From: Anthoceros angustus
Lineage: Eukaryota; Plantae; Anthocerotophyta
DNA length: 64,000 nt
Assembly (NCBI GenBank): GCA_010909165.1
Contig: VJWM01000106.1
Coordinates: 434,001 to 498,000 of the forward strand
Direction: 5' to 3'
In this document: one piece after another, positions 47,075 through 58,068 of the stretch
Layout of the letters: each line of letters starts with the position of its first letter
How positions within the stretch are numbered: the stretch's first letter is position 1
Notes under the pieces: model-generated
What the model saw: only the letters and a program-made list of their open reading frames with translations
The model's database searches: none
Told to the model about the DNA's origin: nothing
Made by a program: the position numbers and the translations under genes

Positions 47075-49240
47075 ATGGCCTCCTCTACGGCATCTTCGTC
47101 CCCTGGTCTGAATTCTCCCACATTGTCTGGGGATTCGTTGTCTCCTGCTGGAGCCAGAGATGGTGTTCCAGATGCACATGTACATGCACACCGGGGGTCG
47201 ACGCAGATTCTGCCATCTCCTCCCTACATGCTGTCCCCGCCGATGGCTGAAGGTGGTCTGTCCCCCGCCGGGCTGATCTCTCCCACGCACGTCAGAGCAA
47301 TGGTGTCGCCTCTCAGATCCTTCTCCCGGCAGACCAACTACGATTTCACCATGCACGACGGCGTACGTTTCCTGACCCCATGGGCAGGGAGGCGGGGCTT
47401 TGGCGGGTGGTGTGACTCCTGAGCTTGTTGCAGCTTTCAGACGCCTCGAGCTCCGCTTCGCGCACCGGGGAGAGTGATGTGGACAATGCGCATCAGCTGC
47501 TGAGCATGCAGGGCGCAATTGAGAAGTCGGCAGGTAGGTGGAGGCGGGGAGTGTGTGGTGGATTAGGGCGGGATGGGATGGGATGGAAAGGCATAGACTG
47601 GTAAGCTCCTTTGGTGGATGTGGCAGGTGACAGGCTGCAGAGTAGAAGGGCCTTGCACCAATCCGCAAGAGATGGCCTGTTTGACCAGACCTCAACCAGT
47701 TCCTTCAGACCGCAGGTACTGCTTGCTGGGATGGGCGAGGGTTTGGCAGATACGGAGTTTCTTTGTTTATTGCGCTCTTGGTGATGTGTGCAGGCCGCTA
47801 CTCCGGTGCCCGCCAGGTGACGCTCTGAGCTCTGCTTGGTTCACTCGTAAGAGATTGTTGGGAGCCTTGGGGAGAGAGGAAGGTAGGTCAATCGTACTTG
47901 ACGCGAGGAACGTTTCCGTTTGCTGTTTCTGCCTGTCAGCGATCCCGGTCTGTCGTTGGCAACTGCCAAAGATGAGCCAAGTAGCCGGGAGTCGTCAGAC
48001 GACGGAAGCTTGACGCCTGTGGATATCCCGTTGATTTTACATGGGGATGCTTCTGCGTATGAGCATTTTCAAGTATGGCTCGTTGGATAGTGTGAGACCC
48101 TTTTGGGTGGCGGGGTCTGCTGATGAATCTGATGGAGGTGAGATGTTGCTGCTGCAGGTGAGTGAGGAAATCAGTGGGCTCTTTCAGTACATTGACAGCT
48201 TCAAGCCGCAAGGTGTGGAGATAGGGACTATACTGAGGCCTTTCATCCCTGATTATGTACCTGCTGTTGGCGCGATTGATGAGTTCCTCAAAGTGCCTCG
48301 ACCAGATGGTCTTCCGGACCACTTAGGGTTGAAGGTAGTTGAGGCAGATGTGGGTGTCCGGGGGAAAGAAATGGGGTGTTGGTGGGCTTTCTATCATGGA
48401 ACACTTGTTGCATGTTTGTCAACTTTTCCAGTCTCTAAGCTCTCATGTGTCTTTGCAGCAGTCCACCGGTTCAATCGAAGGTTGTGTTTTATTCCTGTCA
48501 GGTTCTAGATGAGAGTGGGCCAAAACAAAGCGATCCGGCAGTTGTAAGCTTGCAGCTTCGAGCTGCTTCTATGCAAGCAAGCCAGTTTCCACTTCAGGTG
48601 AGACGGTGGAGAGAACTTCCAGAATGTATCCGAATGAAACGAATAGCTCTAGCTTAACATACCCGTCACGTTGTATGCAGGTAAGCTCGCTGGAGAATGC
48701 AGACAAGAACCCCAAGAAAATAGATGCTTGGATCACAAGTATCAGGGACTTGCACAGGAATAAACCTCCTCCATCAGTCATCTACTCAAAGCCAATGCCA
48801 GATATTGATAAACTCATGCAGGTATGGGTGAGATATCTTTTTACTCCAAACTTGACCACAATGTGCCATTAGAATGAGGAACTGAATTTCCATGGTTCAG
48901 GAATGGCCACCAGAGATTGAGAAAGTGCTTGGCGAGGTTGAACTTCCATCAGCAAAGCTTGATGTTGATCTTCCTACATTCAGTGATATATGTTGTGCCA
49001 TTCTAGACATTCCTGTGTACTCATCCCGCCACCCTCTTTACCCACATGGTGTAGTAGTGTATAGGGCCTCCACTGACAGTAGATGCGTTTTCTGGGACTC
49101 TGAGTTGACGCACCTTTCTTCGTGTGGACAGGTATAAAAGCCGGGTGGAGTCATTACACTTGATGTTTTCTCTGTATTTGGAGTTCAAGGACCAGCCCCA
49201 ATCTGGTGATACGGTGGCTGATTGGTCAAGCAGACACTAA
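47075..49240 (+). CDS. IFT46: Intraflagellar transport protein 46, multi-exon
   Basis: LFQYIDSFKPQ..LRPFIPDYVPAVGAIDEFLKVPRPDG..LGLKV|LDE..QSDPAVVSLQLR, KIDAWITSIRDLH..VIYSKPMPDIDKLMQ|EWPPEIE..DICCAILDIPVY and ESLHLMFSLYLEFK. The N-terminal exons and start are less certain. Confidence 0.92.
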
Positions 49241-49942
49241 AAGCTACCAGGTATTCATATCTACCGGATATTCATTTCATGTTATACACCGTCTAGGTGA
49301 TCTAAAGTTTTCTGCTTGTTCAGGGAAGCTTAAAGACTTAAGGTGCAGTTCACCCCTTAAGAGAATCAGGCTCCTGTTGTAACCTATTTGACCGATATCC
49401 AAGTTCTATCACCGAGCCATGTAGACAGCTGCTTTCCTGTAGCATACCACGGAGGCTACACGGCTGTACTTACCTGGAGGCTCCTTCCCTGCAGATCCTG
49501 CATTCACAGTTGGGTGTTCTCTCGGGGACAGGCTGCCAATGCCAGACTGTACTTGGTCACGTTATGTACCTTGTGTGGAGTAGCTGGACAGCTGGGGGCA
49601 TGGCGGGCTATGGAAGAATCACAAGAGACCTGCTGTACATCGATCACCTCTGGGGCAAGACTCTGGACTCTGTGTCAACAGGAATCAAATGGCTGGACAT
49701 GTTGCTTCCAATAAATAGCCACTGTGTACCGACTTCAGACGTACATATGCGTCATGTGTACTTGAGCGCAAGAAGCAGAGGCTCAGTTGTACCTATTTCT
49801 GGTTATGGCGGGAAGAGTCGAGGCGCACAAATTCAAGAGGCGGGTGATCCAGCCTGACATCTTGTCACTCTCACCGGCGGCTGATGGGCTGCCAGCAGGA
49901 CATATTCAGTTGCCTTCGCGACTGTGATATGGCCAGTGTCCT

Positions 49943-50632
49943 GCCCGTCCCCTAAGTCTCATGAGCAAATAAACGCGCTTGCCCACCATACCGCTCGTGT
50001 GGCACGAACCCCGATGCACATCCGATGCGCCGTGCGGCCGGCATCTCTCTCTCCCTTCCCGGCGGCCAACCCTCCGGCAACTGGTTCTCCCTCCAGTGCT
50101 CCACGGCTATGTCCCGCTCATTGCCTTAGACACAAGCGTTATGCTCTGACGAGCGCCAATGTCCTGCTTCCTCATTAGGGTTTACCCATGTCCTGCATCT
50201 TTATTAGGGTTTATAAGTGTTCTCAACTAAAAGTGAACGATAGTTTCCATCTTGACCATGTTCCAGTGAATCATAGTTCGTTCACGAAACACATCCAAGC
50301 TTATGCGCTCATGTGGATCGCTGAATGTCCCAGGCTCCGGCCAGGCTTGCGGAGACCTTATGTGCCATTGTGCTCACATCGCAGGCTTCGGAGACGTGAG
50401 CTCGCCTCATGAGCTTCTCCCCGTCATGCTTCCCCCAAGCCCTCCGAACTGAAGCGCTTGCAATGCCAATTACACGGGATAGATGAACTGGTTGAACACT
50501 GCGGACGGTGAAAAGATAGCCAGTTGCCGGAGGGTTGGTCGCCGGGAAGGGACAGAGGATGCCGGCAGCACGGTGCATCGGGGGTACGGTGAGCAGGCGC
50601 GTTTATTCGCTGATGAGGTTTAGGCGACGGGC
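49943..50632. repeat. Diverged inverted repeat (arms ~49943-50116 and ~50475-50632)
   Basis: tcccttcccggcggccaaccctccggcaactgg (~50051) is mirrored by ccagttgccggagggttggtcgccgggaaggga (~50520) with one mismatch. gcccgtc.cctaa..ctcat.agc.aataaacgcgc also aligns. Confidence 0.85.
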
Positions 50633-50947
50633 GTGTCCTGCCTGCCAGGATCTGCATTCATCACTGCTTCATGCCTGCCTGTAGGCTGTACACCTGATGA
50701 GCTGCGCGGCGTGCCGACTCCAACTCCGGGCACGCCTTCCCTGTACCTCTGCTCATTTCACTCTCTCTCGTCCCCCAGGCATCAGACACTCATCAAGTCG
50801 CTCATTCTTGGCATTTGTTCTTCAACACAGCTCCTCCTATAAGCTCTTGCATTAGACATCCAGGATGGCAGTTCCTCATCAGCTGTTGCATTAGAGATCC
50901 GGGCTCTTGTGTCGTTTGTAATTGAGTTGTGTCCACGGTATACAGCG

Positions 50948-53308
50948 ATGGTGAGAGGCACCAGTTTACAGCCCTGTTTGCTGCTGCTCTTGCTGCTGTT
51001 CAACTTGGCCCTCCCAGGTCTCAGAGCAGAGGACCCCACTCTGTCTCTGGTGTGGAAGGTGACGACCATCACAGCAGCTCCACTCGGCGTGCGTCAGAAG
51101 GTATATTGCAGACTGCGTTCCCGCAGACTGAGTGCTTCGATCAAAAGTTCGCTGCAGCTGCTGCTTCAGATGCGTAATGAGCGAATTGGCTGCATGCATG
51201 TGGATTCGATGTGCTCTGCCAGGTGATTGCTATCAATGGCCAGTTCCCTGGACCTGTGCTCCATGCAACCACAAATTGGAACCTTGTTATCAACGTGTTC
51301 AACAATCTAGACGAACCTTTCCTCCTCACATGGTAGGGTATTGGTCCTGTGAGCGGCATATGGCAAACATTGCACGGTGCCCATGCTGAAGGTTTTGACA
51401 ATGCTGGCTTGGAACTGGTGGCAGGAATGGAGTCCAGCTGCGCCACAACTCCTGGCAAGATGGAGTCCCGGGCACCAACTGCCCTATCCTTCCCGGCCAC
51501 AACTGGACGTACCACTTCCAAGCCAAGGATCAGATTGGGAGCTTCTTCTACTCCCCCTCTGCTTTCTTCCAAAAAGCTGCTGGCGGATTTGGCGGCATCC
51601 GCTTCGACAACAGGCCGATCATCTCAGTACCATTTGCCCCTCCGGAAGACGATGTCACGGTCCTGATCGGGGACTGGTTCCACAGTCCCTACACCGTAAG
51701 TCTACGCTTGCAAGCTACACCGGCCATGGGAGCCTTGCAGAACAGCTCCCACTCCCACCAGGACTAACGCTCTTCATTACTTTCTGCAGACTCTGAGAGC
51801 GCAGCTAGACGGTGGAAAGCTCCTCCGGGCTCCCGATGGAGTGCTCATTAACGGGGAGGGACCTTACGGGAATGGCAGCCACACGACCATCACTGTGAAT
51901 CCCGGTAAACCCATGACGTCTCCTCCACACATCTGCAGCTTGCAGCATGCAGCTGCAATTGCCTGCTTCAGATGAGATTGCAACTGAGCCCCCAGTCCTG
52001 GAACATGCAGGTGCCACTGTCCGTCTTAGGATATCAAATGTTGGCACCTCAACGTCTCTCAACTTCCGGATTGAAGGCCACCAGCTTCTGCTGGTTGAGG
52101 CAGAGGGCTCGTACACGAAGCAGGTGTGGTATGATAATTTGGACATCCACGTAGGGCAGTCCTGCTCTGTCCTGGTTACAGCAAACCAAAGCTCCCGAGA
52201 CTACTACATCGTGGCCAGTGCACGGTTTGAGGATCCTGCGATCACAGCTCCCGGGGTGGCCGTGCTTCACTACTCCAACTCGCAGCAAGGTGCGTCGGGG
52301 CCACTGCCAGCCGCTCCCAAGCCTGGAGACATCAAATTGTCACTCAAGCAAGCCCGCAGCATCAGGTTTGACACCCTCCCGCCTCCAGATCTATGGACCA
52401 TGACAGTCACCAGGTCCTGGATGTCCAGACGAACGCATGACCCAGATGTCATTTCCTATGCAGGTGGAATCTAACCACGGGTGCAGCACGTCCCAATCCT
52501 CAGGGCTCCTTCCACTACGGACTAATCAAAGTCACCGACACCTTTGTGATAGCCAATTCCGCGCCAGTCATCAGAGGCCTGCAACGCTTTGCCGTCAACG
52601 ACGTGTCATTCGTGGTGCCGGAAACGCCCATCAAGCTTGCAGATTTCCTGGGTATCCATGGCGTTTTCACACTGAACGGCATCTCCAAAACTCCTCAGGG
52701 GTGGAGCCCTGCTCTGGGCACCCCTGTTCTGGCAGGGGATTACCGGGGGTTCTTGGAGATTGTGTTCCAGAACTACGAGACCCAGATCCAGTCCTGGCAC
52801 ATCGACGGCTATGCCTTCTTCGTTGTCGGGTGCGTTTTCTCTCCAACAAATCTGTCAACAAGGTTATCATACGGGAGTTCCCGCCTCCCTCACCTTCTTT
52901 GTTTGTGCAGCTTCGGATTGGGTTCGTGGACTTCAGGTGACCGGGCATCCTACAACTTGAAAAACGCAGTGGCCCGCAGCACAACGCAGGTAGACACTCC
53001 TGATCAATCTAATGAAGCTCCTTCGAGGAACCCAAAAATTGCCCTCGGATACATCCTGCGAGCGGGTGTTTCCTGCTCACCACGTGTGTTTGTCTGGGCA
53101 GGTTTATCCCAACGCCTGGACAGCAGTGCTGCTGGAGTTGGACAACGTGGGATTGTGGAACATCCGCTCCGCAACGTTGTACAGGCAGTACCTTGGTCAG
53201 CAATTCTACTTGCGAGTATATGATCCGGCAGACTCTTTCAAATCGGAATACGCACCACCCACAAACTTACTACTTTGTGGAGACGCTAGAAAGAAGAGCT
53301 CTCATTGA
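50948..53308 (+). CDS. SKS: SKU5-similar (SKS) monocopper oxidase-like protein, multi-exon
   Basis: Signal peptide; INGQFPGP; WNGVQLRHNSWQDG (copper His absent); KDQIGSFFY; RLRISNVG..LNFRI; RPNPQGSFHYG; SWHIDGYAFFVVG; WTAVLLELDNVGLWNIRS. Confidence 0.95.
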
Positions 53309-53718
53309 GCCTCTTCATTATACCCCCAGAGATGGTGGAAAAGAAGTTTCACTCAGCCCTCCACTATCGTTTTTTTTTTTCGAGTATATCTAATATTTTA
53401 GTATATATCTACTAAAAAATATGAACCTTAGGGTTCAAGTTTATTTATGTAACTTTATTTATGTTCACTCGGTGTTTATTTATGTTCACTCGAATCAGTT
53501 TGGAGCAATGTCCAATCCGAATCACATCCAAAATGTATACATACAAGCTGCCACATGTATCGTGTCGTGAGCATTCAACACTTTAGAAAATATTCAGCAA
53601 ATATTTCTTACCAAATAATTCAAACATTCAATAATTTAACAAATATTCAGAAAATATTTCTTACCAAATAATTCAGCACCACGACAACAATCTCAAGCTT
53701 GCTATTGCTACATGCGCA

Positions 53719-53852
53719 TTGATCTGCTATTGATTTATTAATCTGGGTTTAGGGTGCAAGGTTTAGGATTGATCTGCTATTGATTTATTAATCTGGGTTT
53801 AGGGTGCAAGGTTTAGGATTTAGGGTACAAGGTTTAGGGTTTAGGGATTAGG
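53719..53852 (+). repeat. 50-bp tandem duplication running into telomere-like TTTAGGG repeats
   Basis: ttgatctgctattgatttattaatctgggtttagggtgcaaggtttagga x2, then tttagggtacaaggtttagggtttagggattagg. Confidence 0.85.
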
Positions 53853-54882
53853 TTGCAGTGATCTGCTTCATGCTTAGTGATGAGCAATCATAAGGGTGAG
53901 GTTTGGTATATAAGATATAGGTATAGAGTATGAATACAAAAGGTTTAAAATATATAGAAATATAAATTAAAAATGGTAATATATATATAGTTTATGAAAA
54001 TATTGTATACATTATTAAATAATATAAATTTTTCATAATAGCAAATTCAAGTTGCTATTATGATGTTTAAGAGGTGAAAATAAATTACATGGTTAAGTAT
54101 GATTGTAATTTATTATCTAACAAATAAAGTTGTTATTGTTATTGTAACATGATGGAAATTCAAGATGGTAGAACGCAAGGAGGGCAAGGATAAGATTAAG
54201 TACAATATTAAAGACCTCATGGTATGAAAAGACATATTTAAGCTAATGGGATATGGCTACAAACCTTGTGCATAAAGTTTTGTTCGGAAAAAGGCTTCTC
54301 TACAAGGCAAGTAACTCTAATTATATATTATTTTTTATTTAAAAAATGGAACTCATAAATTCATTAATAATGGTGAGTACCTTCCATATTCATCAAGAAA
54401 TAAAATAGCGATAAAATTTCATGCAAGATTCTACTATGCATAAAGTGACATTGAAATCATTGAAAAATACGAACAACCAAAACCATTTTATCAATACTCA
54501 GTTGGTAGATCTTATTTCAGATTTTGACTACCGAGGATTTTAATCATATACAAAACCATGAATATTTGGTATGGCATTCTAATCATATGCCAAACTATGG
54601 ATATTTGGTATGGTCAATAGAACTTCCCGATCAAGTTTATACTTTTGAATTTTCTTATTTTTATTTATATAAAATTGTTACATATGGCAATATGATATGT
54701 GTTGGGAATTAGAAAAAAATAGAAAATTTCCCCTAAAATGTAAATTTTCTCTATCTTTGGAAACAAAACAAAAGAGCATGTTATTATATAAAGAATATTG
54801 AATCCATTGTATTGACTTCAGTAAATCTTTCACTATATAATACAAGATAAAAGGCTGAACAAGAAACTATAAAGAAATCAAG

Positions 54883-56028
54883 ATGGGGACACCAAGAAAA
54901 GTGCAAGTAGATGGTGATGATAACGCGGATGCGCCTAAAAGAGGAAGACCGAAAAAAGTACAAGTCGATGATGATGCACCTAAAAGACCCAAAGGGAGGC
55001 CTAAAAAAGTACCAGTAGATGATGATGGCAACGCTGGTGCACCTAAAAATCCTAAGGGGAGACAAAAAAATAATGAGGGGGATTCCTCTGCACCTAAAAA
55101 TCCCAAGAGGAGACAAAAAAATAATGAGGCGGATTCACCTCCTGATGGAGCAAACGACAAAGCTGATGAACATATGTATCCTTGGTGTAAAATTCTTCCA
55201 GATGGTTCCATTACAAGAAGAGCGAGTTGTGGGCGTTGCATGGCGTTTCGAAAATTATGTTCAATCCAATGTGAGTTTGCACCATTTTATGATCCTAATG
55301 ATCAGCTTTTAGTTACCTTTATGAATGAAATGATTGGGGAGAATAGCTTTTTGACGAACTTATTCAAACACAAAGTCGCTAATGTGAGTAGAGAAGATTA
55401 TGCGGCTACAATTAATTTTGATGGAGAAGCACGACTGCATGACCTCCCATATGGTTGCGTCGGTCCATTACTAGCACTATATGATGTTTTTCTTGGTCTT
55501 AAAACTAAGGTGGGGAAGCTCTATAACCAAATTGAATGTCTTCGAGGTACTCTTCTACAATGTAACCCCTCAATTTCATTGGGCCATCCAAATCATGATA
55601 ATTTTATCCAAATAGACGAGCAAGGTAACAAATTTTACTCCCTAGTGTATGAAGGCTCAGAACCAGGTCAGCTACGTCTACAATTTTTCATCTTATGCGA
55701 CCATCAAGGCCCATTGATCTTTGAAGATAGAACTTTGAGGGTATTATATTACAAGCAGTTTACTGCTTCCTTAGAGTTCCCACAATATATTACTACTTTC
55801 AATGGCCTTAAGGGATTGAAGACGGGAGTTATATGTGGTGCTCTTGGCTTACCAAAACAACTCATATCGGAGGAAGGTGAAAGAATTTATCAAGAATTTA
55901 TTCTGAATGATAATTGGGAACCTTTAAAGATAGATGAACAAGGCAATCTTTTTCATATGTATATGAAGTGTGATCAAAATGGCCAACCTCTAGAATCAGG
56001 AAGGCGAATTCCCAGATGTGAAGAGTAG
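54883..56028 (+). CDS. Intronless divergent LOB-domain protein with N-terminal AT-hook-like repeats in an AT-rich island; probably truncated by premature stops
   Basis: KRGRPKK and RPKGRPKK repeats; canonical C-block CGRCMAFRKLCSIQC (CX2CX6CX3C); FDGEARLHDLPYGCVGPL; coiled coil; C-terminal domain alignable with the 44897-46564 protein. Confidence 0.85.
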   Translation: MGTPRKVQVDGDDNADAPKRGRPKKVQVDDDAPKRPKGRPKKVPVDDDGNAGAPKNPKGRQKNNEGDSSAPKNPKRRQKNNEADSPPDGANDKADEHMYPWCKILPDGSITRRASCGRCMAFRKLCSIQCEFAPFYDPNDQLLVTFMNEMIGENSFLTNLFKHKVANVSREDYAATINFDGEARLHDLPYGCVGPLLALYDVFLGLKTKVGKLYNQIECLRGTLLQCNPSISLGHPNHDNFIQIDEQGNKFYSLVYEGSEPGQLRLQFFILCDHQGPLIFEDRTLRVLYYKQFTASLEFPQYITTFNGLKGLKTGVICGALGLPKQLISEEGERIYQEFILNDNWEPLKIDEQGNLFHMYMKCDQNGQPLESGRRIPRCEE

Positions 56029-56978
56029 ACATTATTAATAGGCGAGATGGGAAATCCCATCTACCCCTGAAGACCGAGGAGAAACAACCCAAAAAGGGCT
56101 AATAGTAAAAGGGGAAGTCCTAGTCCCCTCGAATGCCTTTCCCGTAACTACCTACTGCACCAAGGATATCGTGATCAAGGATGATGAAGGGAATTCCCAG
56201 ATAACACCAAGACATATAATAGCAATGATAATTACTATGTCAACCGAATCTATATACCCCTATGGGTTTTTCAAGCATACGAAAAACTTAAAAAAGAGAT
56301 TATCTACTAACAAAGACATTAGATAACAACGTATTCAACAATAATGGAAATACAATCACACATTTCAATGGCAAGTCTTAAAACAAGGAAGAGTAGCCCA
56401 TGAGACACCTGGACTGTTTATTCATTATCTAAGCCATTTTCATCCTAATCATTTAGAAGCTTATTCGACAAGTTAAAACATACATAAATGAGGTGATACT
56501 AATATATTTATAAAATATAATTATATATATAATCTATATACCTAATGAGCAGAAAAATGTTATGCTTTAGGACATAGGTAGGTGGTTAAGGTTTTGGTCG
56601 ATGATTACCTAGTATTGCTTTTGCTAAGATTTTGGTTTGAATAGAGTACCTACAAATACCTCCCTTGATCGAGAATATTAGTACGTCGCAATTAGGGAGT
56701 GTTTTTAGGAGGATGACCTAGCGTACAGGGGTATGGTGGCAACTGCAGATTGGCAGCAAGATTTTGGAGTGTGCCGAGGCAGATCGCAGCAAGCCAGGTG
56801 GGTAAGTTTCCCAATTGCAGCGCTGTGTGTCGTGTGCGCGAATTGGTTGCGGCTGGAATGGCCTGTCGCTGAATCGGATCTCAGGGTTTGGTGTTGCCTG
56901 CTCCGCTGCGCAGGTCGGCGTTGGAACAGGCTAAGGGCCGGGCCTGTCGTGCATTTGCGGTCTTCCTTGCGCTGGCCG

Positions 56979-57781
56979 ATGGGGAGCAGGCTTGCAGCTC
57001 TGTGGAATCATCCAGCCGGGCCCAAGACAAGTACGTTCCTTGCCCTTTGCTGCCGGGTTTATGGCGGGTGTGGTTTTGTTGCGGACCTGGATGAGTTGAT
57101 GGTGTCTCTTTCTGAGTCAGTGCGGAGGATGGGGTTATGTTCATGCTTGTTGTGCAGTACATTTCTGGGCTCCGACCTTCAAATGGGGCCTGTCCATCGC
57201 GAACATCGCGGATTTCTCGAAGCCTCCTGAGAGGATATCGTATCCCCAGCAACTTGGTAAGTTTTCGGTTTTGAGCCTGGTGCATTGTGTTGGTGGTTGT
57301 GCCGTTCGTCTGCCGAGCCTTCGGATGACAGCTTTGTGTCTGGTACAGCTTTGGCGGCTACCGGGGTGATCTGGTCGCGGTACTCCACTGTCATCACACC
57401 GGTGAGTGGAATTGACGGATCTTCACTTACTGGTGGTTTGGGTAGGAGAAAGAGGGTGGGCTGGTGTGGAATTTTGAGATGTGCTGCAACTGAGTTTGAT
57501 GTGCTTACCGTTGGGAAATGTGGCAGAAAAACTGGAACCTGTTCAGTGTAAATGTGGCGATGGGCTCCACGGCTATCTATCAGCTGTCCAGGAAAATTAA
57601 GTATGCACGTGAAACCTGCTGCTTGTTTAAAGTCCGCTTGCTGTTGCCCTGAATCTTGTCAGGAGTGCTGGTGAGGAGTTTGCCTCGTTTTATGTCTGAT
57701 GGACATTTGAACTCCGCCTGCAGCCAGGACTACTTCGCTGGTGAGAAGGGGGTTGTTGCGGACAAGGGAGGTCAGAAGTAA
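56979..57781 (+). CDS. MPC: Mitochondrial pyruvate carrier (MPC2-type), five short exons, largely missed by the ORF track
   Basis: MGSRLAALWNHPAGPKT|(HF)WAPTFKWGLSIANIADFSKPPERISYPQQL|ALAATGVIWSRYSTVITP|KNWNLFSVNVAMGSTAIYQLSRKI|..QDYFAGEKG...QK*, joined by GT-AG introns. Confidence 0.93.
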
Positions 57782-58068
57782 AGCACAAGGGGTGTCGGCT
57801 TTGAGGAAGTGTCCCCATGAGCAAGGCACAGCTCATCATTGAACACCTGAAAGGCAGATGATGGTGTTACTTTCGGCATTTGTGTGTCAGAGTCCATTGA
57901 CCTTCGCAGATATTATAACGCTTCGGACATTGCATTGAAAGAAGTTAAGTTGGAAAGGGTTCTTGCTGCGGTGTCGTGTGCGTTTGCGAAATCGTAGATT
58001 ATTATGATGCTTCAAAATCTGACGATTCCTGGAATACTACAAGCTTAGCACCTACTATTTCCTCATCC

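Noticed and set aside
49510-49857. ORF with LLYIDHL resembling an RT YxDD motif
   Set aside because: No other RT motifs nearby; likely chance.
53745-53852. TTTAGGG repeats as a true telomere or chromosome-fusion scar
   Set aside because: Only a few perfect units, degenerate, one orientation and embedded in an AT-rich island; better explained as part of a mobile element.
46800-56700. Shared terminal inverted repeats for the two LBD islands
   Set aside because: Both right ends are rich in AGGTA/TACCT words, but I could not align a convincing TIR or find a TSD by eye.
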